NCBI GenBank assembly: GCA_000004695.1
Contig: CM000153.2
Span: forward strand, 4,672,001 to 4,736,000
Reading direction: 5' to 3'
Source of the DNA: Dictyostelium discoideum
Lineage: Eukaryota
Length of the DNA stretch: 64,000 bases
Shown here piece by piece: positions 50,525-61,889 of this stretch. The notes below the pieces were generated by a model that worked only from the letters and a program-made list of their open reading frames with translations, ran no database searches and was not told the origin of the DNA. Positions within the stretch are counted from its first letter, which is position 1; each line of letters opens with the position of its first letter. The position numbers and the translations under genes are program-made.

Positions 50525-51189
50525 TTAATTTGATACAGAGGCTCTATTTGGTGATGGTGATCTTGATAATGATCGTTTGTTACTATTACTATGATGAGTT
50601 GATTTATATGGAGAATAACGGTGATCGCTATTCCTATTTGAAGGTTTTGAAGATGTCGGTGAGATATGATGTGAAATGCTATTTGCGGTTGTAGCTGATA
50701 ATGATTTATTTGGTGTTTTATTAATATCACCAGATTCATTTAATGATGGTTGTTTTTCATTTGCTGATGATGATGTTGATGTTGTTGTTATTGTGTTTGA
50801 AGATGTTGATGTTGATGTGGTTGTTGTATTATTGTTGCTGTTGTTACTATTATTACTATTTTCATTTTGTTGTGGTGGTAGTGGTTGTGGTTGAGATGGA
50901 TTTGGTGATGGTGATGAAGTTGAAGTAGTTGTAGAAGTTGAAGTAGGAGTTGAAGAAGAAGAAGATGGTATTGTTGCAGTTTGTTGTAAAGGATTTGCTT
51001 CATAAAGATCTAAAATCTGTTTACTAATATCCTCTAAAACTTCAAATTTAATTCCCAACATTTCCCACCACTCTTTTTTATTTTCAGTTATTAATTGATA
51101 ATTTAAAAATCTAGTTGCTAAATAAATTGATGCATATGATATTAAATCTGGAGGATAATGCAGACAAAGACTTGTTCTTAAACTACAAT

Positions 51190-51226
<37 letters not shown>

Positions 51227-51958
51227 AATATGAATATGTATAGAATAAAAAAAAAAGAAGATAATGAATCAACAAAATCTATCAATCTATCTAATCTATT
51301 TATAATTTATCTATCAATTTATACACACACACAAACGCAAATACACCCTCTTATGTAACATTTGTGAGGGCGTATAATAATTAATTATTGTATATGTGCG
51401 AAAATATGAATGTGGAAAGATAATAATAAAAAATAATAATCTTACCTATCATTTACAAAATTCCAAGCGACTTGACAAAGATTTTTGCTACCTTGTATTG
51501 ATTTCATATATTCTAATAAATATTTGTAAGGGTGTTCAACAGCCAATTCAAAGGCTATTGTTGTTAAGATTAAATGTTCGTTTTGTAAAATCTTATTCTT
51601 TAAATTATTATGTTCTTGTTGTGAGATTGCAACCATTTTATCACCATCTTTCTTTTTATTCTTTATCATATATGAAACCTTTATAACATCATCTAATTTT
51701 CTTGGAGTTTCTTCGACTTTACCTGCTAAAAATAAACATGCTGTTGCTACAACCTATTTTTTTTTTAAACAAAAAAAAAAAAAAAAAAAAAAAAACATAT
51801 TATTATTTTTAGTATTAATCATTATCATTACAGGGGAATCAATATTAATACATACAAATCTATCATGATCCTTTAATTGGTGACGAATAAAGAATCTATG
51901 AAAATATGATATTGCTGTTGCAATTGTAAGTTGTGGCCTTTATAATCATTATTATAAA

Positions 51959-52046
<88 letters not shown>

Positions 52047-52281
52047 GTTATGTTAGTAAAGAAATATATTCGCCATTATGTAATTAAAATAAATAAATAA
52101 ATAAATAAATGATCTATTGTATATTGATAAAATACATTTTTAACTTTATTCCAACATCTTGTATAAATGCTGCTGATGCTCTTCGATATGCAACCTCTAA
52201 TTTAAGTTCAATACCAAGTGAGTAATGTTTTAATACTTGTTCTTTTGAAAAAAACCAATGGGAATTTGATTTATAATTCAT
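50525..52281 (-). CDS. Cyclin of the L/K/T (transcriptional CDK-partner) group with an Ser/Thr/Asn-rich C-terminal tail. Four exons: 52281..52136, 51937..51856, 51753..51446 and 51182..50525.
   Basis: Exon 1 MNYKSNSHWFFSKEQVLKHYSLGIELKLEVAYRRASAAFIQDVGIKLK. Exon 2 (M)PQLTIATAISYFHRFFIRHQLKDHDRF. Exon 3 VVATACLFLAGKVEETPRKLDDVIKVSYMIKNKKK…CQVAWNFVNDR. Exon 4 SLRTSLCLHYPPDLISYASIYLATRFLNYQ…. Both cyclin-box folds are present. Introns carry (ATT)n and (TA)n microsatellites. Confidence 0.75.
51958..52044. repeat. (ATT)n microsatellite in cyclin intron 1.
   Basis: About 28 tandem ATT units. Confidence 0.9.
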
Positions 52282-52308
52282 TGTATATCTATGTGGTGTT
52301 GTGTGTAT

Positions 52309-52361
52309 GTGATGTGATGTGATGTGATGTGATGTGATGTGATGTGATGTGATGTGATGTG
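52309..52361. repeat. (GATGT)n pentanucleotide microsatellite, about 10 units, in the cyclin 5' region.
   Basis: gatgtgatgtgatgt… run, followed by GT-rich sequence. Confidence 0.85.
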
Positions 52362-52852
52362 TGTTTTGGGTGATGTAGGTGTATGTGTATGTATTGGGTG
52401 TATGAGTGTATATGTATAGTATTGTGTGTGTTTTTTTTTTTTATTTTTTTTTTTTGGTCTTTTTAAGTGTATATAATGAGTTGGTGATAATAATAGGTGA
52501 TAAATTATATGAAACTTTATACTGGCTAAATAAAAAGCTTTATAAATTATTACTGTTTTTATCAATAAATAGAGTTTATTCTTTTTTAAAAAAAGAAAGG
52601 AAAAGAAATGAGGGAAAAAAAAAAAAGCTGTTTTTAATGTATTTATTTATATGAATTTAAACCTTTAAGGTTTTATTTTTTATTGTTATTTTGTTTTTAT
52701 TTTCTTTTTTTTTTTTTTTTTTTTTTTGAATGAAAACCTGTTTTTACTGCTACTGCTACTGCTACTACTATTATTATAATAAATATTCCTCTAAAAAAAA
52801 AAATTTTATATTATTCTAATTGATTCCGCACAGTGAGCGAGTATTACTGTGG

Positions 52853-52905
<53 letters not shown>

Positions 52906-53490
52906 AAAAAAATTAAAAGAAAATTTTTTTTTATTTTTTTTTTTTTATTTTTATTTTTTATTTTTTTGTTTATATTTTTATTTTTTTTTTTTTTTTGGAT
53001 GAATGTTGATGTTAATAAACTTAAAAAAATAAAAATGAAAAAAATATATATATATATATACAAAGGAATAATTAATAATAACATCTCATTATGTATATTT
53101 TTTTTTTTTTTTCACTTAAATACCTTTAAAATGATTTCAGAAATAATAGTCTAATTTATTTCTTAAAATTTTATCAAACTGTTCAAAAAATTAAAAAAAA
53201 AATGAAAAAATAAAATTGAAAATAAAAAAAGGAAAAATAAAAAAAAAAATGAAAATTACTTAATTAAAATATTGAAACAATACAATGATTACATTGAAGT
53301 GGACAATTATAATAATATCCAAAAGATTTAAAAATATTTGTAAAATAATGTCCAACAGATAAAATTAAAAATTTGTACAATGGTAATAGGAAAAAAAAAT
53401 AAAAGTCTTTAGAACATATTTTTTATAATAATCATCTTTTTTTCAATAATATCCAATTATTTTTTGGTTCATTTTATTTATCTTTTTTTA

Positions 53491-53533
<43 letters not shown>

Positions 53534-53712
53534 TTTACTCGATTTACTTTCACACCAGTATTTAAATTTTTAATTTCGCTTTGACTTTCAATTTTTTTTT
53601 TTTCTTTTCTTCATTGAATAATTAATATAAATCTATTACCATATATAAGATATTCTTTTTAAATTGGCAAGTATTAAAAGATAAATGATTTTAAATTATT
53701 TTAAATAAAAAG

Positions 53713-53748
<36 letters not shown>

Positions 53749-53802
53749 TAAAATGGTAATTTTAAATTTCATATTTGTTAAGAAAAAAAAAAAAAAAAAA
53801 TA

Positions 53803-55293
53803 ATGAAAATGAAAAAAATAATACTAACATTGTTAGTATTATTATTTATATTAAATTTAATTAGAGGTGATAGCACTGCCACAACAACAACAACATGTAA
53901 TAGAGATTATGAATGTGGGAATTACCCATATGCAGCATGTAATGGTGGTTTGAATTTAGGCTATGGTATTGTATATAATTCAAATATTGATAAATTAATA
54001 GTATCTGGTAAATACAATTCAAGTGATTCAGGTCCATTTGGGTATCCATATATATTCAATTTAGATACTAAATCAACGAATGGTAGTGGTAGTGGAGAAG
54101 CAACAATTGAAATTAAAAATAAAATCTATGGTGAAATTTTAAATAATGGTGGAGGTTTTACAACATTTTATAAAATTTATCAATATGCACCAATTCATAA
54201 TTATTTATACATTACATTCTATCAAAGTGGTAGTAACATTTTTGCAATTTATGATCAAACTACATCAAGTATTAAACAAGTGTTAAATATTTGGGGTGTC
54301 CCATTCACTATTGGTTTTAATAAAGATGAAAGTAAAACTGTTTATGGTGAATATGGAATTTTCTTAATTAATGGTATTCCAAGCCAAAAATCTGATTTCT
54401 CAAATTCAACACTCCTCTACAAGAATCAAATTACCAATGCAATTATATTGCAAGATAATGATATCTACATATCAACTTATGATGGTAAATTTTATTTAGG
54501 TTCAACTAATTGTAGAAATTGTTCAAGTGATAAATTAAAATTATTATTCACTGATAATAATTCCACAACAAATAGTGGATTCTTTAAAATTAATGATATG
54601 ATTTATTATTCAAATGAAAATGGTATTAGAGCATTCTCAATTAATAATTCATCATCAACAATGGCACCAATAATTTTAACAAATGATAGTATTTCATCGA
54701 TGACAACTGATGGTAAAAATATTTATTATATTATTACTGGTTCAACAGGTTCATCATTTACAAATAATGCAGTAGTTAAATCAATTTCAATTTTAAAAGG
54801 TAGCGGTGGTAGTGGTAGTGGTAGTGGTAGTGGTAGTGGTAGTGGTAGTGGTAGTGGTAGTGGTAGTGGTAGTGGTAGTGGTAGTGGTAGTGGTAGTGGT
54901 AGTGGTAGTGGTAGTGGTAGTGGTAGTGGTAGTGGTAGTGGTAGTGGTAGTGGTAGTGGTGGTAATTCAAAACCAATGGTTATATATACCCCAAAATCAA
55001 ATAATCAATGTCAATGTGCAGTTGGTTTCAAAGGTGATAAATGTGAAACTTGTGATGGTAAAACACTATGGAATAATGGTATTCCTTTATGCACTCCAAT
55101 TGATAATGAAACAGGTTATCCTAAAACATGTTTCACCCCTCAAGATTGCTCAACTAGTCAATTTGTATTCTGTAATGGTACATGTAGTTGTTTGCCTGGC
55201 TTTACTCAATCAAAGAATGATTGTATTTGTTCAAACCCTGGTTCAGTTATTTGGACAAATGGTTATCCAACTTGTTTTGTTGATCCAAATTAA
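53803..55293 (+). CDS. Secreted protein: signal peptide, β-rich N-terminal region, a perfect (Gly-Ser)n linker and C-terminal EGF-like Cys-rich modules.
   Basis: Signal peptide MKMKKIILTLLVLLFILNLIRG. A (GS)26 tract is encoded by (GGTAGT)n at about 54806-54960. The C-terminal module is …CQCAVGFKGDKCETCDG…CSCLPGFTQSKNDC…. Single exon. Confidence 0.7.
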   Translation: MKMKKIILTLLVLLFILNLIRGDSTATTTTTCNRDYECGNYPYAACNGGLNLGYGIVYNSNIDKLIVSGKYNSSDSGPFGYPYIFNLDTKSTNGSGSGEATIEIKNKIYGEILNNGGGFTTFYKIYQYAPIHNYLYITFYQSGSNIFAIYDQTTSSIKQVLNIWGVPFTIGFNKDESKTVYGEYGIFLINGIPSQKSDFSNSTLLYKNQITNAIILQDNDIYISTYDGKFYLGSTNCRNCSSDKLKLLFTDNNSTTNSGFFKINDMIYYSNENGIRAFSINNSSSTMAPIILTNDSISSMTTDGKNIYYIITGSTGSSFTNNAVVKSISILKGSGGSGSGSGSGSGSGSGSGSGSGSGSGSGSGSGSGSGSGSGSGSGSGSGSGSGGNSKPMVIYTPKSNNQCQCAVGFKGDKCETCDGKTLWNNGIPLCTPIDNETGYPKTCFTPQDCSTSQFVFCNGTCSCLPGFTQSKNDCICSNPGSVIWTNGYPTCFVDPN

Positions 55294-55395
55294 ACACCCC
55301 TCCTCCCCTTTATATATTAAATAAATAAATAGTTTACACCCAAATAATAGTTATAAAATTAATTTTCTTTATAATATTTCTATTTTATTTCTATT

Positions 55396-56781
55396 TTATT
55401 TAAAATTATATTTTGAACTTTGACGGAATGTTAAAGCTTCTTTTACACTAACTTTCATCAAAACATGAGTATCAGCAGGTATTTTACGATTATGGCTAGT
55501 GGATTGAACGAATAAACGGGTATCTGGTGGGAGGTCAGTTGGTTTTAGGGTTATTCTTTTATTGGCTGGTTGATTTAATGCTTGACAAACATCGTTGTGG
55601 CCAATGATAAAGGTATCGGATTTTGTGTTGTGTAAGACCATGTCTTTGATTTCACTAATTTCTTCTTTTTTTTTTAGTGCATAATAACCTTCGCCTTGGG
55701 AATAGGATACTCTATTCTTTTCACATAGTTCTTTGAATGTTGAAGGAACGTTATTTGGTGGCAAAACTACGAATGAACCAACAGCACCACTACCTTTAAG
55801 ATTGAATTCGAAACATGTTACATTTTTATTTGGTGCAACTGTGCCTTGGAACCATTGGGTGGCACCCTCTTTAATGAGTCTGACTCTGAACGGAACGGAT
55901 CTAGTTGACGATTGGAAACGTGGGTCACTGCTAGTATGACATCTGAAATGGTTGACATAGATTTTATACTTACCAGATGGTGCTGATGCCCAAAATATAT
56001 TTTCAATAGGATGTTCAGAATGTTGAGAAACTGTTACATTCATATCCTTATCTAACCAACCACCACAACGTGATTCTTTATGACCATAATATAAATGTTC
56101 ACCTGATGGTGTTATAACATGTAAATCTAAATCTGCAATATCATTCCAAATTAAACTTGCATGTAACTCACCAGTATTACATCCTTCACGATTCATACGA
56201 AGTGATATAACCTCATTATCTGGATCACCATCATGTTTAAATTCTTTTGTTGCTGTTGCTGTTGATGATGTAATTTCTGGTGTAATAGCAGTAGTAGTTG
56301 ATGCTGTTGTTGTTGTTGTTGGTGGTGCACTTTCACTTGTGGTTGCACTTGATGGTACTTCAGGTGTTATTGAATTATTTGTAATTGTTGGTGCTGCTTC
56401 AGGTGTAGTGGTAGTAGTAGCTGCGGTTGTTGTTGTTGTTGTTGTTGTTGTTGGTTGAACTGCTGCTGGTTTCTTTGATGATTTAGCTTTTGGTTTTGAA
56501 ACTTTTGGTGCTGGTTTTGAAGCTATTTTAGTTTTTGATTTTTTATTTGTTGTGGTTGTGGTAGTTGATTTGGTTTTTGGTGTTTTAGTTGTAGTAGGTT
56601 TTGATTTTGTTTTTGTAACTTTAGTTTTAGAATTATCAGGGTTTTGGAAATTTAAAATTGTTTTAATTAAATGAGGTTTGACACCTGATGATTTTAAACC
56701 TAGTTGTTTACAAATTTTGGAAACTTCTGAACCAAGTAAACCTTCAAGATATGTTCTTGAATATTCTGAATCTGTTGACAT
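55396..56781 (-). CDS. SAP-domain protein with a Lys/Thr-rich linker and a conserved C-terminal domain of unknown function, rich in Cys and His.
   Basis: N-terminal SAP motif …EVSKICKQLGLKSSGVKPHLIKTIL…. C-terminal region …GCNTGELHASLIWNDIADLDLHVITPSGEHLYYGHKESRCGGWLDKDMN…HSEHPIENIFWASAPSGKYKIYVNHF… is not assignable to a named family from sequence alone. Confidence 0.65.
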   Translation of the reverse strand: MSTDSEYSRTYLEGLLGSEVSKICKQLGLKSSGVKPHLIKTILNFQNPDNSKTKVTKTKSKPTTTKTPKTKSTTTTTTNKKSKTKIASKPAPKVSKPKAKSSKKPAAVQPTTTTTTTTTAATTTTTPEAAPTITNNSITPEVPSSATTSESAPPTTTTTASTTTAITPEITSSTATATKEFKHDGDPDNEVISLRMNREGCNTGELHASLIWNDIADLDLHVITPSGEHLYYGHKESRCGGWLDKDMNVTVSQHSEHPIENIFWASAPSGKYKIYVNHFRCHTSSDPRFQSSTRSVPFRVRLIKEGATQWFQGTVAPNKNVTCFEFNLKGSGAVGSFVVLPPNNVPSTFKELCEKNRVSYSQGEGYYALKKKEEISEIKDMVLHNTKSDTFIIGHNDVCQALNQPANKRITLKPTDLPPDTRLFVQSTSHNRKIPADTHVLMKVSVKEALTFRQSSKYNFK

Positions 56782-57554
56782 ATTGATAATAATTTTATTT
56801 GTTGTTTTTATTTTTATTTTTTTGTTTTGTCTTTTTTTTTAAAATTTTGGACGAAAAATAAAAATTGATGCAAATGATATTTTTTTTTTTTATTTTTTTT
56901 TTTTTTTTAGTGGTTTTTTTTTTTTACAGAATTTCTTGGTTTTCTAAAAAAAATAAAAAAAATATCTTAAAATCTCAGGACCAGTTCTAAAATATTTTTA
57001 GAATTAATTTTTTTTTTTTTAGAAAAAAAATAAAAGTTAGAAATAAAAAAAAAAATTTGTGTAATAAATTAATACTTTAATCTTAGATAATTATTTTTTT
57101 TAATTTTTTTTGTTTAAAATAAATAAAAATAAGGTGTTACGAGATAACTCTTTTACTAAAAAAAAAAAAAAAAAAAAAAAAATAAAATAAAAATAAAAAT
57201 AAAAAAAAAAATAAAATAAAATAAAATTAATTTTTGTCGATGTAAAATTAATTTTTTTAACTATAAAATATAAAAAATTAAAAGTAAATGAAAATTTTTT
57301 TTTTTTTTTTTTTCTTTTCTTTTTTTTTTTTTTAAAATACTATATTTAAAAAAGTTGGGTTCCAATAAAAATACCATACCAAAAATTATTCAAAGGCGCC
57401 CGAATAATGTGAATGAAAAAATAAAAATAAAAATAAAAATAAAAATAAAATTAAAACTTTTCGTTATTTTTTTTTTTTTTTTTTTTTTTCCTGTTTTTTT
57501 TTTTTCAGTGTTTTGTTAATTAATGAATTAATTAATGAATTGATACAAATTTCA

Positions 57555-60500
57555 ATGAGTAGTAATAATAATAATCCACCACCAAAAAAAGTGTTTTCGC
57601 TTAGTTTGTTAAAACCTTCTCCTAGAGTTAGTGGATCATCATTACCTTCATCACAATCATCACAATCTTCACAATCATCACAACATTCACAATCATCACA
57701 ACCGCCACCATCAATTCTTTCATTTTTCAAAGCAAAACCAATTACATCTTCATCACAATCGTCACAAACACCAGCAACCACTACAACAACCACTACAACA
57801 ACAACAACAACAACAAAAACATCAACTACAATCGGAGTAAAAAGACCAATATCGGATATTATGGATAGTGGAGATGATTTCAATTATTTAGAGAATGAAC
57901 CTGATGATTACTATAATACACCATTCGATTATTTTAATAATTCAAATATAAATAATAATAATAATATAAATAATAATAACAATAATAGTGTAAATAAAAA
58001 TACAAATACTAATAGTAATATTAATACCAATATAAATGGAAGTATTATTAATAATAATAATAATAAAATTAATGTTAAAGATGATGCTTCATATGAAAAA
58101 TATGAAGAATTAGGAAATGGTGTATACAAAATTGGTAATTATAAAGTTAAATTCCCATTCAAACCATATGCATGTCAAGCATCAATGATGTCTAGAATTT
58201 TAGAAGGTTTAGATAGTAAAGAGAATTGTATATTAGAATCACCAACTGGCACTGGTAAAACTTTATCTCTACTATGTTCATCATTAGCATGGCAAGAAGA
58301 AAATAAAAAAAAAAATCAAAGAGATTTAGAAGAAAAAAGAAAATTAGCTTTAGATTCAAAACAAAGAATGATTGAAAAAAAGCAATTAATTGATGCTGCC
58401 GCTGCTGCTTCTGCTGCTTCCAATACTACTTCAAATTTACCATCTATAACTTCAACTTCAACTTCTAATTCAACTTCAACTTCAACTTCCACGTCACCAA
58501 TAAAACAAGAAGCAACTGCAACCACAGCTACAACAAATTCAATTTCACCAATAAAACAAGAGACAACAAAAACAACAACAACAATGACAACGACACCATC
58601 AACATCACCAATTAAAAGTGAAGAATTAAATTTAGATTCATATAAATATGAAAAAGGTTTACAATGTGATTATAATGGTACAGGAGTTGGTAAATTTGAA
58701 CCAAAGAAAATACCAAAAATAATAAATAAAAAACCAAAATATGGATCAATGACAACCACAACGACAATACAAAATAATGAATTAATTGATTATGATAATG
58801 ATGGTACACAAAAATTTATAAAAAAGAAATCTCCAACTATATTCTTTTGTTCAAGAACTCATTCACAAATTAAACAATTAACAGGTGAATTAAAAAAGAC
58901 ACCCTATAGACCAAATATGGTTGTATTAGCATCACGTGATCAATATTGTATTAATCCATTATTAAAGGATGTACCAAAGAAACTTGAAAAATGTAAAAAA
59001 CTATTATTAGATCATGGTTGTCGTTTTAAAAAAACTGAACAACAAACATCATTGGCAAAATCATCAGACTTTTTAGGGGGTGGTAAAAAAGAAGTTTGGG
59101 ATATTGAAGATTTAATGGAAGCAGGTCAAGCACACAGTGAATGTCCTTATTTCGCATCAAGAGATATGATTGAAAAAGCAGATTTAATATTTTGTCCTTA
59201 TAATTACTTAATTGATCCACAAATCCGAAAAAGTTTTGCAGATAAAGTTGCAGGTTCAATTGTAATCTTTGATGAAGCTCATAATATTGAAGATGCCTTA
59301 ATGGAGACGAGTAGTTTCGATTCATCATTAGAGGAATTGAATGAACATTGTTATCAGAATTTTAAAGATTGTATAATGAATTCAAGAACTATGAGTATGC
59401 TATCCAATGAAAAAGCATTAGCCATTCATTATTGTTATAAACTATTGGAATCAATTATCGCTTGGATTAATAAAAAAGTTCAAACTTTAAAACCAATAGA
59501 TTTTGAAAAACATCAAAACGTTTGGAAAGGTGAAAAGATTTTAAATATTTTTGAAGAGTTTGGTTTAAATGAAACAAATTATTTCAGCTTTCGTGATCAT
59601 CTTGCAACATTATTTGATGAAGGTGATGGTACTTCTGATAATGGTAAAGAAGGTGGTGGTGGTTCACTTTCATTTCCATCAAAAGGTAAAGGTGGTATTG
59701 GTGTTGGTAGTAATAAACAAAAAATTGATCCAGTACCACAAAGAGCATTAGTATTATTAGAATCATTTGAAAAAGTTACAGCAATGATTTATCAAAACAA
59801 AGGTTGGATTGAAGATTATAGATTGGTTTTACAAAAAGCATCAGCATTTCAAACAAATGGTGGTAAGAAAAGTAATCAAGGTACAAAATGGAATTATCAA
59901 TTTGGTATTTGGGCAATGAGTCCAAGAATTGCATTTTCATCATTGGTTCAAGCAACTCGTTCTGTTGTATTAACATCTGGTACATTATCACCATTGTATT
60001 CATTTCCAATGGAATTGGCAGCGAAATTCCCAATTTCAGCAGAGATGGGTAATTTACCAGATATTGCACAACGTGCTTGGATTGGTACATTATCACATGG
60101 AGTAAAGGGTACAAAATTAATTTGTACACATGGTCCATCAGAGGGATTAGATTTTCAAGATTCATTAGGTGAAACTATTTTACAACATATCGAATTAATA
60201 CCGAGCGGTGTACTTTGTTTCTTTCCTTCGTATGGATTTTTAGAGAAATTGTTAAGTCGTTGGGATGAAACTGGTATTCTAAAGAAAATCAATGCAAAGA
60301 AGAGATATTTTTATGAACCAAAGAATCAAAGAGAATTCATTGAAACCCTAGATAATTATCGTGAAGAAATTAAACAACGTCCAAATAAAGGTGCAATCTT
60401 ATTCGCAGTTTGTCGTGGTAAAGTTAGCGAAGGTATTGATTTCAGTGATGAATATGCTAGAGGTGTTATAGTCGTTGGTATCCCCTATCCATCTTTAGTA

Positions 60501-60791
60501 GATCTTCGTATCGTTTTAAAGAAAGAACATAACGATACAAATAAAAAAGGTATAAGTGGTGGCGATTGGTATAAATTACAAGCTTATCGTGCCTTAAATC
60601 AAGCTCTAGGTAGATGTATTAGACACAAAAATGATTATGGTTCCATTTTATTAATAGATGAAAGATTCACCCAAATGGGTAATTGGAATTCACTTTCAAA
60701 ATGGACACGTTCATGTATAAAAAATAATAGAAATTTAAATACCTCACTTTCATCTTTAAAATTATTTTATGATTCAAAAAATAAACAATAA
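57555..60791 (+). CDS. fncJ: FANCJ/BRIP1-like Rad3-family Fe-S DNA helicase (DEAD_2 plus Helicase_C_2).
   Basis: …VKFPFKPYACQASMMSRILEGLDSKENCILESPTGTGKTLSLLCSSLAWQ… is near-identical in pattern to FANCJ motif I. Fe-S cysteines sit in FCSRTHSQ…DQYCINP…CPYFASRD. DEAH box IVIFDEAHNIED. C-terminal motifs …VGIPYPSLVDL… and …GRCIRHKNDYGSILLIDERF. The ATG at 57555-57557 is chosen over the upstream TTG of the ORF track. The gene symbol is a best guess. Confidence 0.8.
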   Translation: MSSNNNNPPPKKVFSLSLLKPSPRVSGSSLPSSQSSQSSQSSQHSQSSQPPPSILSFFKAKPITSSSQSSQTPATTTTTTTTTTTTTKTSTTIGVKRPISDIMDSGDDFNYLENEPDDYYNTPFDYFNNSNINNNNNINNNNNNSVNKNTNTNSNINTNINGSIINNNNNKINVKDDASYEKYEELGNGVYKIGNYKVKFPFKPYACQASMMSRILEGLDSKENCILESPTGTGKTLSLLCSSLAWQEENKKKNQRDLEEKRKLALDSKQRMIEKKQLIDAAAAASAASNTTSNLPSITSTSTSNSTSTSTSTSPIKQEATATTATTNSISPIKQETTKTTTTMTTTPSTSPIKSEELNLDSYKYEKGLQCDYNGTGVGKFEPKKIPKIINKKPKYGSMTTTTTIQNNELIDYDNDGTQKFIKKKSPTIFFCSRTHSQIKQLTGELKKTPYRPNMVVLASRDQYCINPLLKDVPKKLEKCKKLLLDHGCRFKKTEQQTSLAKSSDFLGGGKKEVWDIEDLMEAGQAHSECPYFASRDMIEKADLIFCPYNYLIDPQIRKSFADKVAGSIVIFDEAHNIEDALMETSSFDSSLEELNEHCYQNFKDCIMNSRTMSMLSNEKALAIHYCYKLLESIIAWINKKVQTLKPIDFEKHQNVWKGEKILNIFEEFGLNETNYFSFRDHLATLFDEGDGTSDNGKEGGGGSLSFPSKGKGGIGVGSNKQKIDPVPQRALVLLESFEKVTAMIYQNKGWIEDYRLVLQKASAFQTNGGKKSNQGTKWNYQFGIWAMSPRIAFSSLVQATRSVVLTSGTLSPLYSFPMELAAKFPISAEMGNLPDIAQRAWIGTLSHGVKGTKLICTHGPSEGLDFQDSLGETILQHIELIPSGVLCFFPSYGFLEKLLSRWDETGILKKINAKKRYFYEPKNQREFIETLDNYREEIKQRPNKGAILFAVCRGKVSEGIDFSDEYARGVIVVGIPYPSLVDLRIVLKKEHNDTNKKGISGGDWYKLQAYRALNQALGRCIRHKNDYGSILLIDERFTQMGNWNSLSKWTRSCIKNNRNLNTSLSSLKLFYDSKNKQ

Positions 60792-61205
60792 ACATTTAAA
60801 AATAATCAATAAAAAAAAATAAAATAAAAAATAAAAATAAATAAAAAAAAATGGAATATATTTAAATCAAAAAATCTTTTGTTTATTTTATTTAATACCT
60901 TTTACCAAAAAAAAAAAAAAATTTAAAAATTAAAAAAATAAAAAAAATAAAAAAATAAAAAAAAAATTTGGAACCACTTAGAATCATTTTTTATCAACAA
61001 ATCTGAAAATGAAAAATTCAAATAAAAAAAATGATTCTATGTGGAAGGTTCCAAATTTTCAATTTAAAAAATTTGTTATAAATATTTTTTTTATTTTTTA
61101 TATTTTTATTTTAAAATATTATAAAAAAATATATACTTATAAATAAATTAAATAAATAAAAAAAAAGATTAAAAAAAAAAAAAAAAAAAAATTAAATTAT
61201 AAAAA

Positions 61206-61487
61206 ATGGAAAATCATCAATACCGTACACTTGAAGCAACCGATAATGGTGATTCAATAAATGTTTTTCAAAGTTCAAATAGCTCTGCTCAAGATAATAT
61301 TATACAACAAAATCAAAATAATATAGATAGTAATCAAAATTGTAATAATAAAGAAAATAACTATATTCAAAGTAATTATCTTGAAGAAGATTACCGTGAT
61401 GTAAAAAAGAATAAAAAAACTGGCACCAAAATATTTTTAAATATATTATCTAGTGTCCTCGGAAGTTTTGGAGATGATTTTCTTTGA
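61206..61487 (+). CDS. Small Asn/Gln-rich hypothetical ORF (93 aa); may be spurious.
   Basis: ATG-initiated ORF in the intergenic region between the helicase and PTEN genes. No similarity recognised. Confidence 0.2.
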   Translation: MENHQYRTLEATDNGDSINVFQSSNSSAQDNIIQQNQNNIDSNQNCNNKENNYIQSNYLEEDYRDVKKNKKTGTKIFLNILSSVLGSFGDDFL

Positions 61488-61761
61488 AAAAAAAAAACTA
61501 AAAAAAAAATTGATTCCAATAATTTTGTATTATATTATAAAAAAAAAAATTGTATTTAAATAAACTATAAAAACCAATAAAACCAAAATTAAATTAAGAA
61601 ATAATCATTTAAATATTTATTTTTTATTTTATTTTTTTTTTTCTGATTTTTTTTTTTTTTTTTTTTTTTTGATTTTCATAAAACTTATTTTACAGTGTCA
61701 TTATAAAAGGGAGTAATAGATTTAAATTGTAAGATTTTTTTTTATTATTATTATTATTATA

Positions 61762-61803
<42 letters not shown>

Positions 61804-61889
61804 TTGAATTATTTATTTTTTTTATTTTTTTTTATTTTTTTTAAACCATTTTTTTTTCCAGAATTGAAAAATAAATAGAATAGTTTAAA

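Noticed and set aside
54806-54960. A regular 6-bp tandem array that could look like a CRISPR-like or satellite repeat.
   Set aside because: It lies inside a long ORF and encodes a (GS)n linker. The repeats are contiguous with no spacers. The genome is eukaryotic.
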